From the NCBI GenBank assembly GCA_002633005.1, contig NMRA01000224.1, forward strand, positions 592,981-656,980: DNA of 64,000 nt. The letters are read 5' to 3'. This document shows, one piece after another, positions 53,201 to 63,800 of the stretch; the stretch's first letter is position 1, and each line of letters opens with the position of its first letter. The notes under the pieces are model-generated. The model worked only from the letters and a program-made list of their open reading frames with translations. It did not search any database and had not been told where the DNA came from. A program made the position numbers and the translations under genes. The stretch is from Phoronis australis. Lineage: Eukaryota; Animalia; Phoronida.

Positions 53201-56054
53201 AGGGTGAAATGTTCGTTGCAACATACAAAGACGTAACGACATGGTTATTTTGTGGAACGGGAGATGTAACACCCAAAAATGCTCGACAGCGTTTTTCGTT
53301 TATTTCTTATAGTTGAATGAAAAATTGCAGTTGTAGCAAAAAATAATTTAATGTCCCATTCTTTTTATTTTTAGTCGAACTTAGAAAAATGGTCACGTTG
53401 CGTGTGAGATTGTAATAGTATATGATGATATGTCAGTTGGCCGCATGTCAAAAAGCGGGGACGTTTAGATGATGTGGCGGGCTGGTGGAAAAAACCAAAA
53501 TGTGGAGAGTCTGCGAAGAATGGGGCAATTGGCAAATACACTGTGCGCAAGCAGCAGCACGAAGTACTGGATTAGATTCTTTTATAAGGTAAAATGTGCG
53601 TTTTTTAAAATGTTATTTCATGGGTATCAGTGAATACTACAGAAAACAAAAAACGGCATCTGGACAACAGATAAACATTGCACAAATGAATTGTTATAGA
53701 AGCAATTGAAAATATTACTAATACACACACGCAAACACACACACACGTAGCTAAGCAATTATGAGTAATTTTGAGAAAGTTTCGTAAATGCACTTGTTTT
53801 AGGGCCAAAACTTTTCATTTAGGACAAATGTAACTCCTTTCCCTAAAATACTTGATTTTAACACCAAAATTCTCCCTGTATATGTAGTATGACAGGAAGT
53901 GGTTCTACGACTTTCCGAAGTTGAAACGATATCAAGGCCAAACTATTTCCGGCATCCACCCAGAGCCACGGGTCGGTGCTTATAAAGATTAACCATTGTA
54001 ATTATTGGGTTTGCTATTTTTGCCGGGAAATTGCTGGTTGCATAAACCATACCTCAAGGGTCTCACTTGGTGAACAAGAGTTACAAAATGAAAACGAAGC
54101 AATGGCATTCGGTATGATTTCATAACAACTGTCAATAAAAACTCAGTCGACCAGGCAGCCGGAAATTCTCAGTGCAAACTCTCGCGCTTAGTCTCGTGGT
54201 CGCTAGCTCTAATAATAGAAAAAAGGTCACGCGCGTGTGTTGGCATTCTTGGGCTAGAGTCCTATGATCGGACGGTCGACACTACCAAGTCGGGCTTATT
54301 TCGATAGCCTTTCCGTTGGCCATCCATTTGCAATGTACTGTAGCTGGCTTTATTGTACTAGACATGGGCCAGTACTGAATAGAAAGGCTTCTAGTTTTGT
54401 TCGCACCATTAACATACCGTAATTGTGAAACACGTTTACTTGTAGCACGTACACACTCCTGTCCCTGAATATTAATTATACTTTGAATTTCCCGGAGTCA
54501 TTACCCTGTTAGTCTATTGTAGAGAGATTTGTGTTTTTCTGTTTGTGTGCCACACGAAGATTGCTAAACATGGTATGGTCTTCATTTTGTTTTGTTTGCA
54601 TGTGCAAAATCTTCCGTTTGTTTGCTTTTTAAGTAGCTTGTATCACCGCTCGATTAGATAGCGTCTTTAAGTATTATTGTGTATGACACAATAGTTTGCG
54701 AATACAAGTATTCGTTGTTAATTAAAGTGTCTCTGAGTTGTATAACGTATTTTAAAACATTACTAAGTATTAGCTTATTTTACGCAAAGATTTAATGCTG
54801 TGAGTTCCAAATGAAAGCTTTTGGTTTACCTCTCAGCTTCAATGTGTTCTTTGAGCGCTTAAGACTTACGACCACCGTGTACGTGATGCACTCCCTGTTA
54901 CTTAATTCACTTGCATACCCAGCGAACACTGTGTTCTTAATTCATACGCTTACCATTGAATATTGCAGGAAACTGGCCAAGTCCACACTCGTTCTCATTC
55001 CGCTGTTTGGGGTTCATTATATCATTTTCCTTGGATTCCCCGACAAATCTGAAGACGTGCCAGTGGTCGCTGAACTTGTGCGCATGTATTTCGAAATGTT
55101 CTTCAACTCGTTCCAAGTACGTATCGGTGGTCTCGGATATATCGATATAATCTAACTGTTCCCCATTATCGAAATTACAAATAACAGGAAATGTACAACT
55201 AGATTATTTGCCTCCACTTTACCATCAGGATGCGTATGTGTCACGAGGTAAATTTTCCGACGAAACGGAACCGTACGTCGCGTATAGTGTCGCGAGTAAA
55301 ACATATGTGTCGAATATAGATATATATCTAGATATCATGATGCATGATGCAAAATAATTGTAGTCTTTCTTTACAGGGTTTCATGGTGTCCATCATGTTT
55401 TGCTTCCTAAATGGTGAAGTCCAGGCCGAAATTTTAAAAAAATGGCACCGATATAAGTTGCGTAGGTTTGGAGGAGGGGGATCTCAGAAAACGGCCACGT
55501 CTATGTCAACGTACTTAAGTAAAGCTAGGAACTCTTTACATTCAATCCATTCACTTGTGAATGACAGAAAAGATTCGATTCAGAAGAACGGGGACAGTCC
55601 GCCAGATAGGAACGGGAATAAATCTAACGTCAGCTCCTCGGGCAAACAATCGAACGGACACACCGGTTCGTTGAAGAGCAATAACTCGACAATCAAGGGC
55701 GAGGGGTCGCCAAAGCTGGTTAATGGTGGCAGCAGACTCGTTTGTAACGCTATTGTTGAGGAGGATATCAGTGCTGGCATCTGTGGGTCTGCGTCAGCGT
55801 TCGCCAACAATGAGCCCAGAACCATCCGACGGGACAGTGGAAATTCGTCAATTAAGGACGATGACGTCCTTAGTGAAACTACCGCCATGTTGCACATGAA
55901 TCCAAGAAAAGAGGAAGTTACAGGAGGAGAGAGTAAAGAATTATGTGATATTATCAGTGCAATTAAAAGCGAAAGTTATATGCTTGATGAAATGGGAGAT
56001 TCGGCAAAAAGACTATTGACCGACGAGGAGATACTAAGCGAGGACTTAGTGTAA
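23882..56054 (+). CDS. Class B1 (secretin-family) GPCR, parathyroid hormone receptor-like; spliced gene, 11 coding exons, 624 aa
   Basis: Exons joined by hand: 23882-23944, 30084-30183, 36450-36560, 40003-40133, 41535-41629, 45994-46162, 46779-46935, 48008-48138, 48465-48556, 54969-55116, 55377-56054 (1875 nt, open frame, all phases match). Class B motifs: [81 protein letters not shown]...[14 protein letters not shown]6-TM7 closely resembles PTH1R as I recall it (KSTLVLMPLFGVHY; YEMLFNSFQGF; [10 protein letters not shown]). Confidence 0.93.
23965..24100. repeat. 44-bp tandem repeat x3, immediately after the exon 1 donor
   Basis: TGCTAAG recurs at 23976, 24020 and 24064. Confidence 0.85.
30084..30183 (+). 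CDS. GPCR coding exon 2: N-terminal ECD helix with first conserved Cys ([34 protein letters not shown])
   Basis: ctttgtag|AAA ... ACA G|gtgagc. Phase 0 in and phase 1 out fit exons 1 and 3 exactly. Supplies the otherwise missing Cys1. Confidence 0.82.
31109..31228. repeat. 39-bp minisatellite x3
   Basis: Unit CACTGCCAAAACATCAGGYGTACATGTATTATTAAATGA. Confidence 0.95.
31340..31785. repeat. Degenerate ~150-190-bp period repeat x3
   Basis: Recurrent aaatctagc...cac...aaata...aatct..c.aag..cttttctagcgaggt blocks near 31349, 31535 and 31687. Confidence 0.6.
31805..32263. mobile_element. 459-bp MITE with ~110-bp TIRs and 9-bp TSD (Mutator-like by TSD length)
   Basis: ACCCGTTCCAAACGCCGTAACACC... 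/ ...GGTGTTACGGCGTTTTGAATGGGT; flanks TGATGTTTC (31796-31804) / GGATGTTTC (32264-32272). Confidence 0.85.
33615..34272 (+). mobile_element. Partial, internally deleted second copy of the Kolobok-like element (inverted relative to 6788-8720), in GPCR intron 2
   Basis: 34120-34272 is the reverse complement of 6784-6940, ending GAATTCTCCA-TTAA; 33630-33880 matches 7490-7730 and encodes [18 protein letters not shown]. Confidence 0.85.
36450..36560 (+). CDS. GPCR coding exon 3: hormone-binding domain ([36 protein letters not shown])
   Basis: gttgcag| acceptor, T|gtaagt donor; canonical CxxxWD, CWP and CP motifs. Confidence 0.95.
40003..40133 (+). CDS. GPCR coding exon 4: hormone-binding domain ([44 protein letters not shown])
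   Basis: ttacag| acceptor, GCC|gtaagt donor; RCxxDGxW and WxNYTxC motifs. Confidence 0.95.
41535..41629 (+). CDS. GPCR coding exon 5: TM1 ([32 protein letters not shown])
   Basis: tttattccag| acceptor, AG|gtatgt donor; GYSVSL motif. Confidence 0.93.
41669..44795. mobile_element. ~3.1-kb non-autonomous hAT-like element in GPCR intron 5
   Basis: Imperfect TIRs CAGGCCTGCAGGAAG / CTTCCTACGGCTCTG, G/C-run subtermini, flanking CTGACAGA at 41661-41668 and 44796-44803; internal duplication ~42710-42950 / 43070-43320. Confidence 0.75.
45994..46162 (+). CDS. GPCR coding exon 6: ICL1, TM2 and long ECL1
   Basis: ttttag| acceptor; [21 protein letters not shown]; ends at ACG|gcaagt, a GC donor and the only nearby phase-0 option I found. 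Confidence 0.9.
46779..46935 (+). CDS. GPCR coding exon 7: TM3, ICL2, start of TM4
   Basis: gttgcag|AAC TGG GAA TGC; [34 protein letters not shown]...IAGW; donor C|gtaagt. Confidence 0.95.
47201..47244. repeat. (ACA)n microsatellite
   Basis: About 14 perfect units. Confidence 0.98.
48008..48138 (+). CDS. GPCR coding exon 8: TM4, ECL2, start of TM5
   Basis: tttgcag| acceptor; [13 protein letters not shown]...CWN...WIMRAPI; donor GTT|gtaagt. Confidence 0.95.
48465..48556 (+). CDS. GPCR coding exon 9: TM5 end and ICL3 ([31 protein letters not shown])
   Basis: ttttacag| acceptor, AG|gtaaat donor; NxxxFxNIIRVLxTKL motif. Confidence 0.93.
48683..50096. mobile_element. TIR element with ~21-bp subterminal repeats, interrupted by an L1/Tx1 fragment
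   Basis: ATGAAGCGCCAAAGGGTTCTTAAAC / GTTTAAGAACCCTTTGGCTTTTCAT; ttaatcaacgcg-type subrepeats at 49560-49690 mirrored at 49870-50045. Confidence 0.75.
48765..49545 (-). pseudogene. L1/Tx1-clade non-LTR retrotransposon ORF2 3' relic (zf-RVT region)
   Basis: Minus-strand fragments with stops/frameshifts: KWNLSL...DWNSI...TDTKV; [11 protein letters not shown]; [23 protein letters not shown]; [10 protein letters not shown]...PTF. Confidence 0.8.
51521..51768. mobile_element. 248-bp PIF/Harbinger-like MITE, CTG TSD
   Basis: CTG|GGGCCTGTTCCAAGAAACTGACTTA ... TAAGTCAGTTTTGTTGGAACGGGCCC|CTG; absent at the equivalent site of copy A (~4620). One-ended relative at ~45310-45455. Confidence 0.88.
52448..52805. 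repeat. 39-bp minisatellite, ~9 copies
   Basis: Unit GAATGCGATACACTACTACTGGTATCTAGTCTAGTATTC; explains the repetitive ORFs 52385-52822 and 52441-52884. Confidence 0.97.
54969..55116 (+). CDS. GPCR coding exon 10: TM6, ECL3, start of TM7
   Basis: ttgcag| acceptor; [20 protein letters not shown]...[10 protein letters not shown]; donor CAA|gtacgt. Confidence 0.96.
55377..56054 (+). CDS. GPCR coding exon 11: TM7, helix 8 and long C-terminal tail
   Basis: tctttacag|GGT TTC ATG; [23 protein letters not shown]...EILSEDLV*. Confidence 0.95.
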   Translation, partial: GFMVSIMFCFLNGEVQAEILKKWHRYKLRRFGGGGSQKTATSMSTYLSKARNSLHSIHSLVNDRKDSIQKNGDSPPDRNGNKSNVSSSGKQSNGHTGSLKSNNSTIKGEGSPKLVNGGSRLVCNAIVEEDISAGICGSASAFANNEPRTIRRDSGNSSIKDDDVLSETTAMLHMNPRKEEVTGGESKELCDIISAIKSESYMLDEMGDSAKRLLTDEEILSEDLV

Positions 56055-56359
56055 ATAACGGTGAGAGTACAAGTACTCAAGTTCACGTACTCAAATACAC
56101 TGAAGTATTATGGTAAAGTGGTTTACGAGGTTAATTTATTTCTATTTATCATGTACTCTGTCGCGTTGTTTCTTCAAACTTCGTTATCAGAAACCCCGCA
56201 AACCAAAAGTTGTGAATTCTTTGCCACCGCCACGGCTGTGTTTCAGGAATTTCTTTAATATGGTACATATAAGTCAGTAAAAATTAACTTTATTCGACAG
56301 CATCTTGTCGATACGCATTTAAGACGCGATTGAAATTAAAAACACGTCTTCATCTTGAG

Positions 56360-56488
56360 AGACCCATTACTCTTGAAAGGCAGTATTGCAGCAATTTTCA
56401 ACTGATTGGGACTTGAAATCACTATCAAAAGACCCATTTACTCTTGAAAGGCAGTATTGCACCAATGTTCAACTGATTGGGACTTGAA
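56360..56488. repeat. Tandem duplication (~70-bp period) in the putative 3' UTR
   Basis: gacccatt(t)actcttgaaaggcagtattgca.caat.ttcaactgattgggacttgaa occurs twice. Confidence 0.9.
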
Positions 56489-57503
56489 CTTTCTATTCAC
56501 GCTCTAAACACGGCAGCAATCCTGAAATGGCTGGTCAAGCTACTTTGAAATTGTCCCCTGCAATAACAGCAATTAGTTTCCACCAACCAAATGAGAAACT
56601 GCCAGCGACTGTAGCACGTCATGTTCAGAGAAGGGTTGTAAAATTGGCGTGAATCATTTTTAAATGTACAATGGCAGGGTTTGCATCTATTCCCTGTGTT
56701 AACGTAATGTAGGACAATTAACAGAAATAAGCGAACATCCTATCTCAGACATTGCACATCGGATTTGCATGACCTTTCAGATAATATGCTTCATACAATT
56801 TTCTATAAAACCATGTTAGAAATAGCTTATTCACCTTTGCATGAGGTGCTGTCAAACACTGGACTTACCGGTATATGGTTTTCATGAAAAAAGTTGCATA
56901 AAACAAACACGAAACGATAGTTTAGAAAAGCGTAACAGCTTTTTTGAAATTTTATCTTGAACATTTCTATCATACAAAATTTGAGCGTGTTATTGATCCT
57001 GTTGTTTTACTGTAAACGCACCGTACTTTTTGCTAAATTTTCCTGAAAAAGCAAGGTCACAAGATTGGTAATTCTGGGTGAAATTCTGTTTTGTAAATAT
57101 TTGACAAAATGTACAGACTTGCCAATAAGGTCCCACATAACCTTAAATAAGCTGGTTGATAGTTTGCGTTTTAAAAGACTTTGAAGGACATTTATCGTAA
57201 TCTATTTTGCCCGGGGTACGCCACGAGCTATGTTGTTCAATTACATTTCCTTCAACAGCTAGATTATTCTGGCAAAGTGTTTACTATAGACAATCAAAAT
57301 GTTTTGTGCAGAATGTGACAACAGTTATATATAAATGTGCCTTACCATGTTCAGATAAATATTTTTTTTCAAAGTCAAAGTAAATTGTAAGCTTTGTAAA
57401 TACCTACGTATGTGTGTTAAGTGATTGTGGCTTCTATTTTCTATTCATGTCCATACTACTCTGTTTGTTTACCTCCAGTTCGCTCATTGCCAGACACGAA
57501 CCA

Positions 57504-57509
57504 AATAAA
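57504..57509 (+). terminator. Candidate polyadenylation signal (AATAAA) of the GPCR, implying a ~1.45 kb 3' UTR
   Basis: AATAAA after an AU-rich region largely free of recognisable transposons and followed by T-rich sequence. No transcript evidence. Confidence 0.4.
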
Positions 57510-59454
57510 CTGCACAAGTACCGTCAATTGTAAAACTGACGGTATACGTTTATTTACAGTGCAATGCTATTGTAGTTTTAACATTGAATTTTGATAATTA
57601 ATTTCCTTACGACATTCGCATCCTCACATCTGAGCTAACATTCATACGCAACTGCACAAGGTGACATGCTTAGGTGATTGGCCAGTGCGTTTCTCATCCT
57701 TAAAGTCCTGGTCTCACACGTTGTTTACCCTCATTACATGGTTAGAGGATGTTATAAAGATCCAGGAAGTACCTACCCCATAACTAATACACGATCCGTA
57801 CTCGAAAAAAGTTTAAATGAACGCGCCACTCACGAGTCGCACCCGAAGAACCACCGCATTTTTTAACTTGCCGCGAAACCGGAAGTACAATTCATTCAGG
57901 AACCCAGGCTGAGAAAACGCCGTCAGTGTGAGTGTTACCAGCCTGCAAACGGGGATAAAATAATGGACAGCGCGCCTTAATTTTAATAAAATCAAAATAC
58001 GGACAATTTTATCGAATTTGCCGAAGAAATGTGGCGAATAAATTTTGACAGAAATTGTTTTGCCGGCCTCGGGACCGCAGCCTATTGGACACGGTGATGA
58101 TCGAGGCAAGACGAAGGTGAACGGCGGTAAAGGCATGCGGTTGCAAGCTGTTTTGTCGAAGTAAGATGTTCAAATCATAAATGCCGCATATATTCAAAGG
58201 TAGTTTCAGACTCTTGCATAAAATTACGGGCTGGTTAATCCTATGTCACACTGCCGCGGCAGCCCTTAGCTAGCCTCAGTGCCAGCTCACCAGTATGAAG
58301 ACAACCGTCAAAATACAGCTAGCTCGTTAGTAGACACATACACCTTTGGGCCAAGGCTACCCTTAGGCCTACCTGGTCGCTGGCCACAGCTCTCGCTCAA
58401 ACTAGGTTTATTTAGAACTTGGGTGCTTCTGGCGAACTGTGCAACGTTGTTGGCTTTCAACAGAGACTTTCCCAGACTTGTATGAGAGCACCAAGCTTAA
58501 AAAAGGGTGCTGGAATTTTTGGGAATGTCTATATTTTACTATAAGATTCACTGGGTATGTTCAGAGTTATGAATTGCAGACGCTAAATTTTGGTACTTCC
58601 TGTCTTCTAGGGGAATATCGTCTCGTTTTCTACTTTTTTCGGAATTCGTGCTTCTCTGACTGAGGCAGACCTTTTTCCATTTCTCCAAAGGGGGCTCATT
58701 CGAGCACATAAGTATGACAAGTCCCATACAAAATTTTATCATTTTTTATTCAGTAAGCCAAAATGATTCAACCTTTTAACATAATAAGTAACTTAAAATG
58801 CACAATACTTTACAACATTTAGCATTACAAACACTATTCAACAGCAAAAGTTTCCACGATATGAAAGTGGACATGTAACTATTACCAGGAAGAGATAACC
58901 AGGAAGGGACAACTGTTTTAGCACATTTTAACGTGTTTTCAAAGGTGATTTCAATCAAAAGTAACTGTTAAAGTCGTCTGGAATCCAGGCATTGTGTTTG
59001 AAAGCTTAACTCTTTAGCTATAAAATGACACCACTTTGGTTCCCAAAGACTGCATATTAATGGCAGTAGGATGCTTTGAACATGACTTGTTTTACCCTTC
59101 CAAAAGATACCTCTTCCCAGGCATGTACTCGGGCATGATCCTCTTTTTTGAACCAACAGATGTCACTAATATATGCAAATGAGGCTCGAATCTCTTACGT
59201 CATGTGACGTCATACTGTGAATGACTTGAAACGCAGTTCTACCTGATTGGGCACTAAGAAAATTAAGAACTCACATAAGTCATTGTTCAAAGAACATTGA
59301 ATGTTTTCACGTGAAAATACAGTTAATTGTATTTGGATACGCTTGCATGTGTGTATGCGAGGACTTCGTCATTTTGCTTAAATCTAGATTTAGAAGCAGG
59401 TGTTTGTCAAGAAATTAGTCGCTGTGCTCCGTCGCCGGGAAGTCTGATCTATGC

Positions 59455-59560
59455 ATGCGCAACTCGACGAACTAATGCTAGTCGCTGGTCAGCTCCGCTA
59501 TGATTCATGCGCAATTCGAAGAACTAATGCTAGTCGCTGGTCAGCTCCGCTATGATTCAT
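59455..59560. repeat. ~51-bp tandem duplication
   Basis: atgcgcaa.tcga.gaactaatgctagtcgctggtcagctccgctatgattc occurs twice. Confidence 0.9.
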
Positions 59561-59599
59561 TTGAGACGTGCGGCTTAACTCGAACCTGTCCCCGTGTTC

Positions 59600-60803
59600 T
59601 GGCTCCAAGGTCGTTTTTTGACCCAGTTTCGGGAAAAGTTCATTTTAATACGGTCATTTCCTGAAGATTTTTTTGAAAGATATGATCCCGAAATCCTTGG
59701 CCTATAGAGCTGTATCAAAATTCCTTGATGAAACATGGCCACTGGTCCAGCTTCTGCCGGGAGGCTGGGGAAAATGAACGCGTGTCCCAAAAATGCACAC
59801 ACTTCAACCGCGCAGTTCAAGTTCTTTTCCCGTCAATTACTGTGTGCGGATTCTACGCGGGCAGCCTACTGCATGACTAAACCTTATTTTTAACGTGGGT
59901 GCGTCACTGAGTCACGACGTTTCCAACCTTTGCAGTATGCACGGGAATGGCAAGCAAACGATTCGGTTTAGAAGAACCTAAATTCATTGCGCAATACTAC
60001 TGGGAACTACAAGCATCAAGGAAGTGCAAAGACAACGTTTCCAAATTTATGAGCAATGACTTGAACTTCTTTTTCGATCTACGGTTTGTAAATTTTTGAA
60101 TTTCATTAGTCTAGTTTTTAATTCAATGAAGCATTTAGAGCTGCCCGACATTCATGAATATAACTGTTATCGTTCAGTGTCCTTCTTTGCGATATGGTGG
60201 TCTGATGATGGATCAAATTTTTGCAAGTCAGCCTTCAGTCTTCAACTAAGTTCAGTGACGCATCGCCATTTCTTGCAAGACAGCTTCTGCGCTGTGCACG
60301 AATGTTTTGTGTTTTTGATGAATTTGAAATCTCAACTTCTGAGTAGTTGGCAGTGTCATGTCGGAGGTGTATAGAGGGCGCGGCACTGAAAAAAGTGGGG
60401 GCTAAAGCTCCCTCAGCCCCCCTGTAGTGCACCGCCTATGGACCACTGAAAAACTTGGACTGAATTAATACGCTCCGCAAAACATTTGCTTTACAAATTT
60501 TCTCGAATTTTCGAAATACATGTATGAATGATTAAGTGCACATTTTCAAGGGCGCTTAGACGACCTATGCTGCAAAAACGGAGACCCTAACAACAATTGT
60601 CCTGGCCAGGGCCCTCAAATGGTAAACCATACACTGATACCGAGTTGTTAAAGTTCTCTTGAATTTTCTCTCTGATCAGTATTCGAAATCTTTCTTTTTT
60701 GTCTTTCCCCAGCCCCACACCTTTGTCGGTTGCCTGGTTTGACCCTGAGGCACGCAATTTTTTTGGGGTGGCACTCGCCCTCATCCCGCTTACTAAGGTC
60801 CTG
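59600..60803 (+). mobile_element. Deleted relative of the 41669-44795 hAT-like element, with a GC-MITE fragment at ~60370-60440
   Basis: Collinear matches: gctggggaaaatga...gtgtcccaaaaatg (42090/59765); gatctacggtttgtaaa (42652/60076); gaatgttttgtgtttttt.gatgaattt (43850/60300); tcctggccaggg.cctcaaa.ggtaaaccat.cactgatac (44585/60600). Confidence 0.75.
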
Positions 60804-63800
60804 ATGCAAGGAGTCCATCTTTGGTCCAAGGTCAATGTTGTGTTTCAGCACGCTTGTATAGCTTGAGCGGTAAATTTAAGGTTTAAGAAATACAGGAGCA
60901 GTTTTGCGCATTTAATTGTGCGTGTAAAAGGGTTTATGGATTCGTACTAAATTTGTTGCTGCAACTTGTCTCATGGGCCTGTACCCGATACGTGACCACA
61001 AATGTGGACACTAATTCGGCTATTTCGCAAGTCGACTTTAGCAAGGTGCCCAGTGAAAATGTAAGGCAGCACCAGGCCAGTGGGTGTGTGTAACAACTCG
61101 GATTTCTAGTCTCTTATTATGAAAACCATTGAAAGCAATTACCAGCACCTGCAAACAAGAATTTTGAAGTATTGATCATTTCAACAGGAGTTAGCTGTAG
61201 ACTTATTCGCGAAGCTGCCGTCATTCCAGCCACGGTTACTGCCTGTCCTTCGAAGCAATTATAGCACATTTTATATACAAATTTTTAAGAATAGCAAGGG
61301 TGCGTTTTGTGTTGACGGAAATGTCCATGGCGTCGAGGAATTTGAGGCATATAATGAACAACTGTTGTGGCTTAATTTGGAAAAACACCTAGCAAAACTA
61401 ACTTCCAAGTATGCATACTGTGGCGGAATTAAGGAATACGATTATGGCAGTGCTAATTGTAGCACAGCCACAAAGTGTGCTAAAATGGTAGAAAATTAGG
61501 CATAACATTTCTGTAGCAGATAAAAGGTTGATTGGCGCAGGAGAAGGCCGATGTCTTAAATGCTCAGAAAAATTTCGGCAGGCAAGAGACTTGCCAAGAA
61601 AACGGCACAGTTGAGTCCGGGCATTCTAAAGGAAAGAACTGCAGCCAATACCAATTATTCGGTGCAACTTCTCTCACCCGACGGCGTTGTTTCACGATAC
61701 CGCAACCTCAAACAATATCAAAGAAACGATACGCGGAGGGTGAGATATTACAAAGTATTAATATTTATTCTTGGATAGAGGTGTTCACCTCAAAATGAAT
61801 TTCCCACGGTCATTCTATATGCCGATAGCAATGTTTTCGTCACCTGAAGAAGAACAGGAATCATAGGCATCCCGCGCGCTCCATCCATGGTTCTGACACT
61901 TCAAACTTTTGTCAACACGATAGGTAGCCGCAGAAAGTTCGATGTTGGCCTCATTCTAATCTTCTCTGCAATCCCCTGTCGGGGCACGAAAACAATTCAA
62001 AGTCCGCTCCTCGAAATAGGGCTTGCTTAGCTGGAATTCAGAACTGCGGTCATGAGAGTGTTTTCACCTTCTGATTGCGAAGCGATGGAGTTAGCTTTGG
62101 TATCTTCATCAGCACGTGCTCTCAGCGGAAGGTCACCGCTTTATCCATTCAAGCGCTCGACCAACAACTGACGAGAGTCTCAGAACTCCCACATGCAAAT
62201 TTGATATGCAAATGAGGGAGTACTTGACTACTGCGCCATCTATACATCGACGGAAAAGCTTAAATACCAGTGACTGCGTGTGGGAAGTTGCGATTGCGTG
62301 CGCTGAAGTCGATATTTTCAAAGTACAATTACACCACTGTTTAAGGTTGCAAAGTGAGTTTTTTGATATCCCCCTATCGAAAAAGCTTTAATCTCTCTGA
62401 TGAAACTTACGTCCTGAAATTAGTCCGAGGAAGGAGGCCAAAAACGGCGGTTTAGCTAGTTGTCCCTTCCTGCTATTACCATGGTGACCGAATAGTGTTT
62501 CCTTACACCAGAATTTGACAAGCACGATTAAAAAAATATGAAGTTGCAAGGAACAAGAATTGGAGGCTTGAAGCTTCACAATCCAACATATCTTATTTCT
62601 CAAATTAAGATTATTCATATTTTTGACTTGATAACCTCAATTAAGAAGCAATTATTTACAAAACATGACTTGAAAGCAATTGAGACTTAAAATTTAGAAA
62701 AATATGAATCATTTTGTGACACCTAATCAAGCCTTGAACAGCAGTTGATAATCAAACAAAAAACCATTTCAAAATTATTTTAACTATTTTTTTAGCTTAG
62801 TGTAAGATCACCTGAATCGGAAATTCACAGTAAAATAGTTCGAACTATCTTATATTTTTGCACAAGAAACACGAAAATTGAACAAAGTTCCTTTTTTATA
62901 GCAACTTTTGTCAAAATTTATCAACGTTAAATCTTCACAAGTTACAAAGTAATACGTTGAACATGCCTTCCAGTTCAGCAAAAGTCGCCATGTTGTCGGT
63001 GCCGCAAGAAATGAGACGGGAATTGTGAGCACATTTATGCTCGGAATATGTCCCGAAAATAATAGGTGCGTCGCAAGCTCGGTTTCTAGAGATACAAAGG
63101 AGACCGTGTATAGGCGATATAAGGTCATTTATTATGACTGATAAGGTACAGAAATATGAGTGTAGACACTTGTAATAACCTTTTACCATTTTCCTTCCAA
63201 GGCTCTGGCTACAGAGATTTGGTCTTGCACTCAACATCAATATTTCAGACAACTACCCAAAACTCAATTTAACAAATAAATAAATTATCTGAATATGCTC
63301 ATAATTGTTACTTATTGAGAAAATGTGAACAAATTACTTCCAGGCTATTAGGTATTAATGATACCTGGACTAAACCTTTACTTGGCAATTTTGAAGTGAA
63401 AACATTATTACGGCCCTGACAGTACGCCTGTGACATGAATATTCATAAAGACTATCTATGGATTATTGGCAGGTTCATGATAAGGTCCACTTTTAGTCAA
63501 ACTAAACAAAACACAATAGAACACATTCCTTATTTGAGTTTTGTTTATTGTTTATCTGAAATTTAAGTATAAATACCAAAATAGCCATAACAATGGATTG
63601 CCAACAGTACATTCTATAAGGTATGTATAAATAAATCTTTTTCAATAAGGCATGGAAAAATGTCGCAAACAGCTTGTCCTATCAGTACGCCATGTTTTTG
63701 GTCACATCACGTGACCTAATGAATATCAGTCCAAAAAGATTTCTGCCAAAAAGATGGCGTGCTGACGGGACAAACTGTTTGCATTCTATAAGGTATTCAG

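Larger units (their letters stand above)
51240..54230 (+). mobile_element. Composite interspersed repeat, copy B (GPCR intron 9)
   Basis: Collinear with 4350-9080 once each copy's private insertions are removed. Confidence 0.8.

Noticed and set aside
55580-55897. 105-aa antisense ORF
   Set aside because: Shadow of the GPCR last exon; no independent support.
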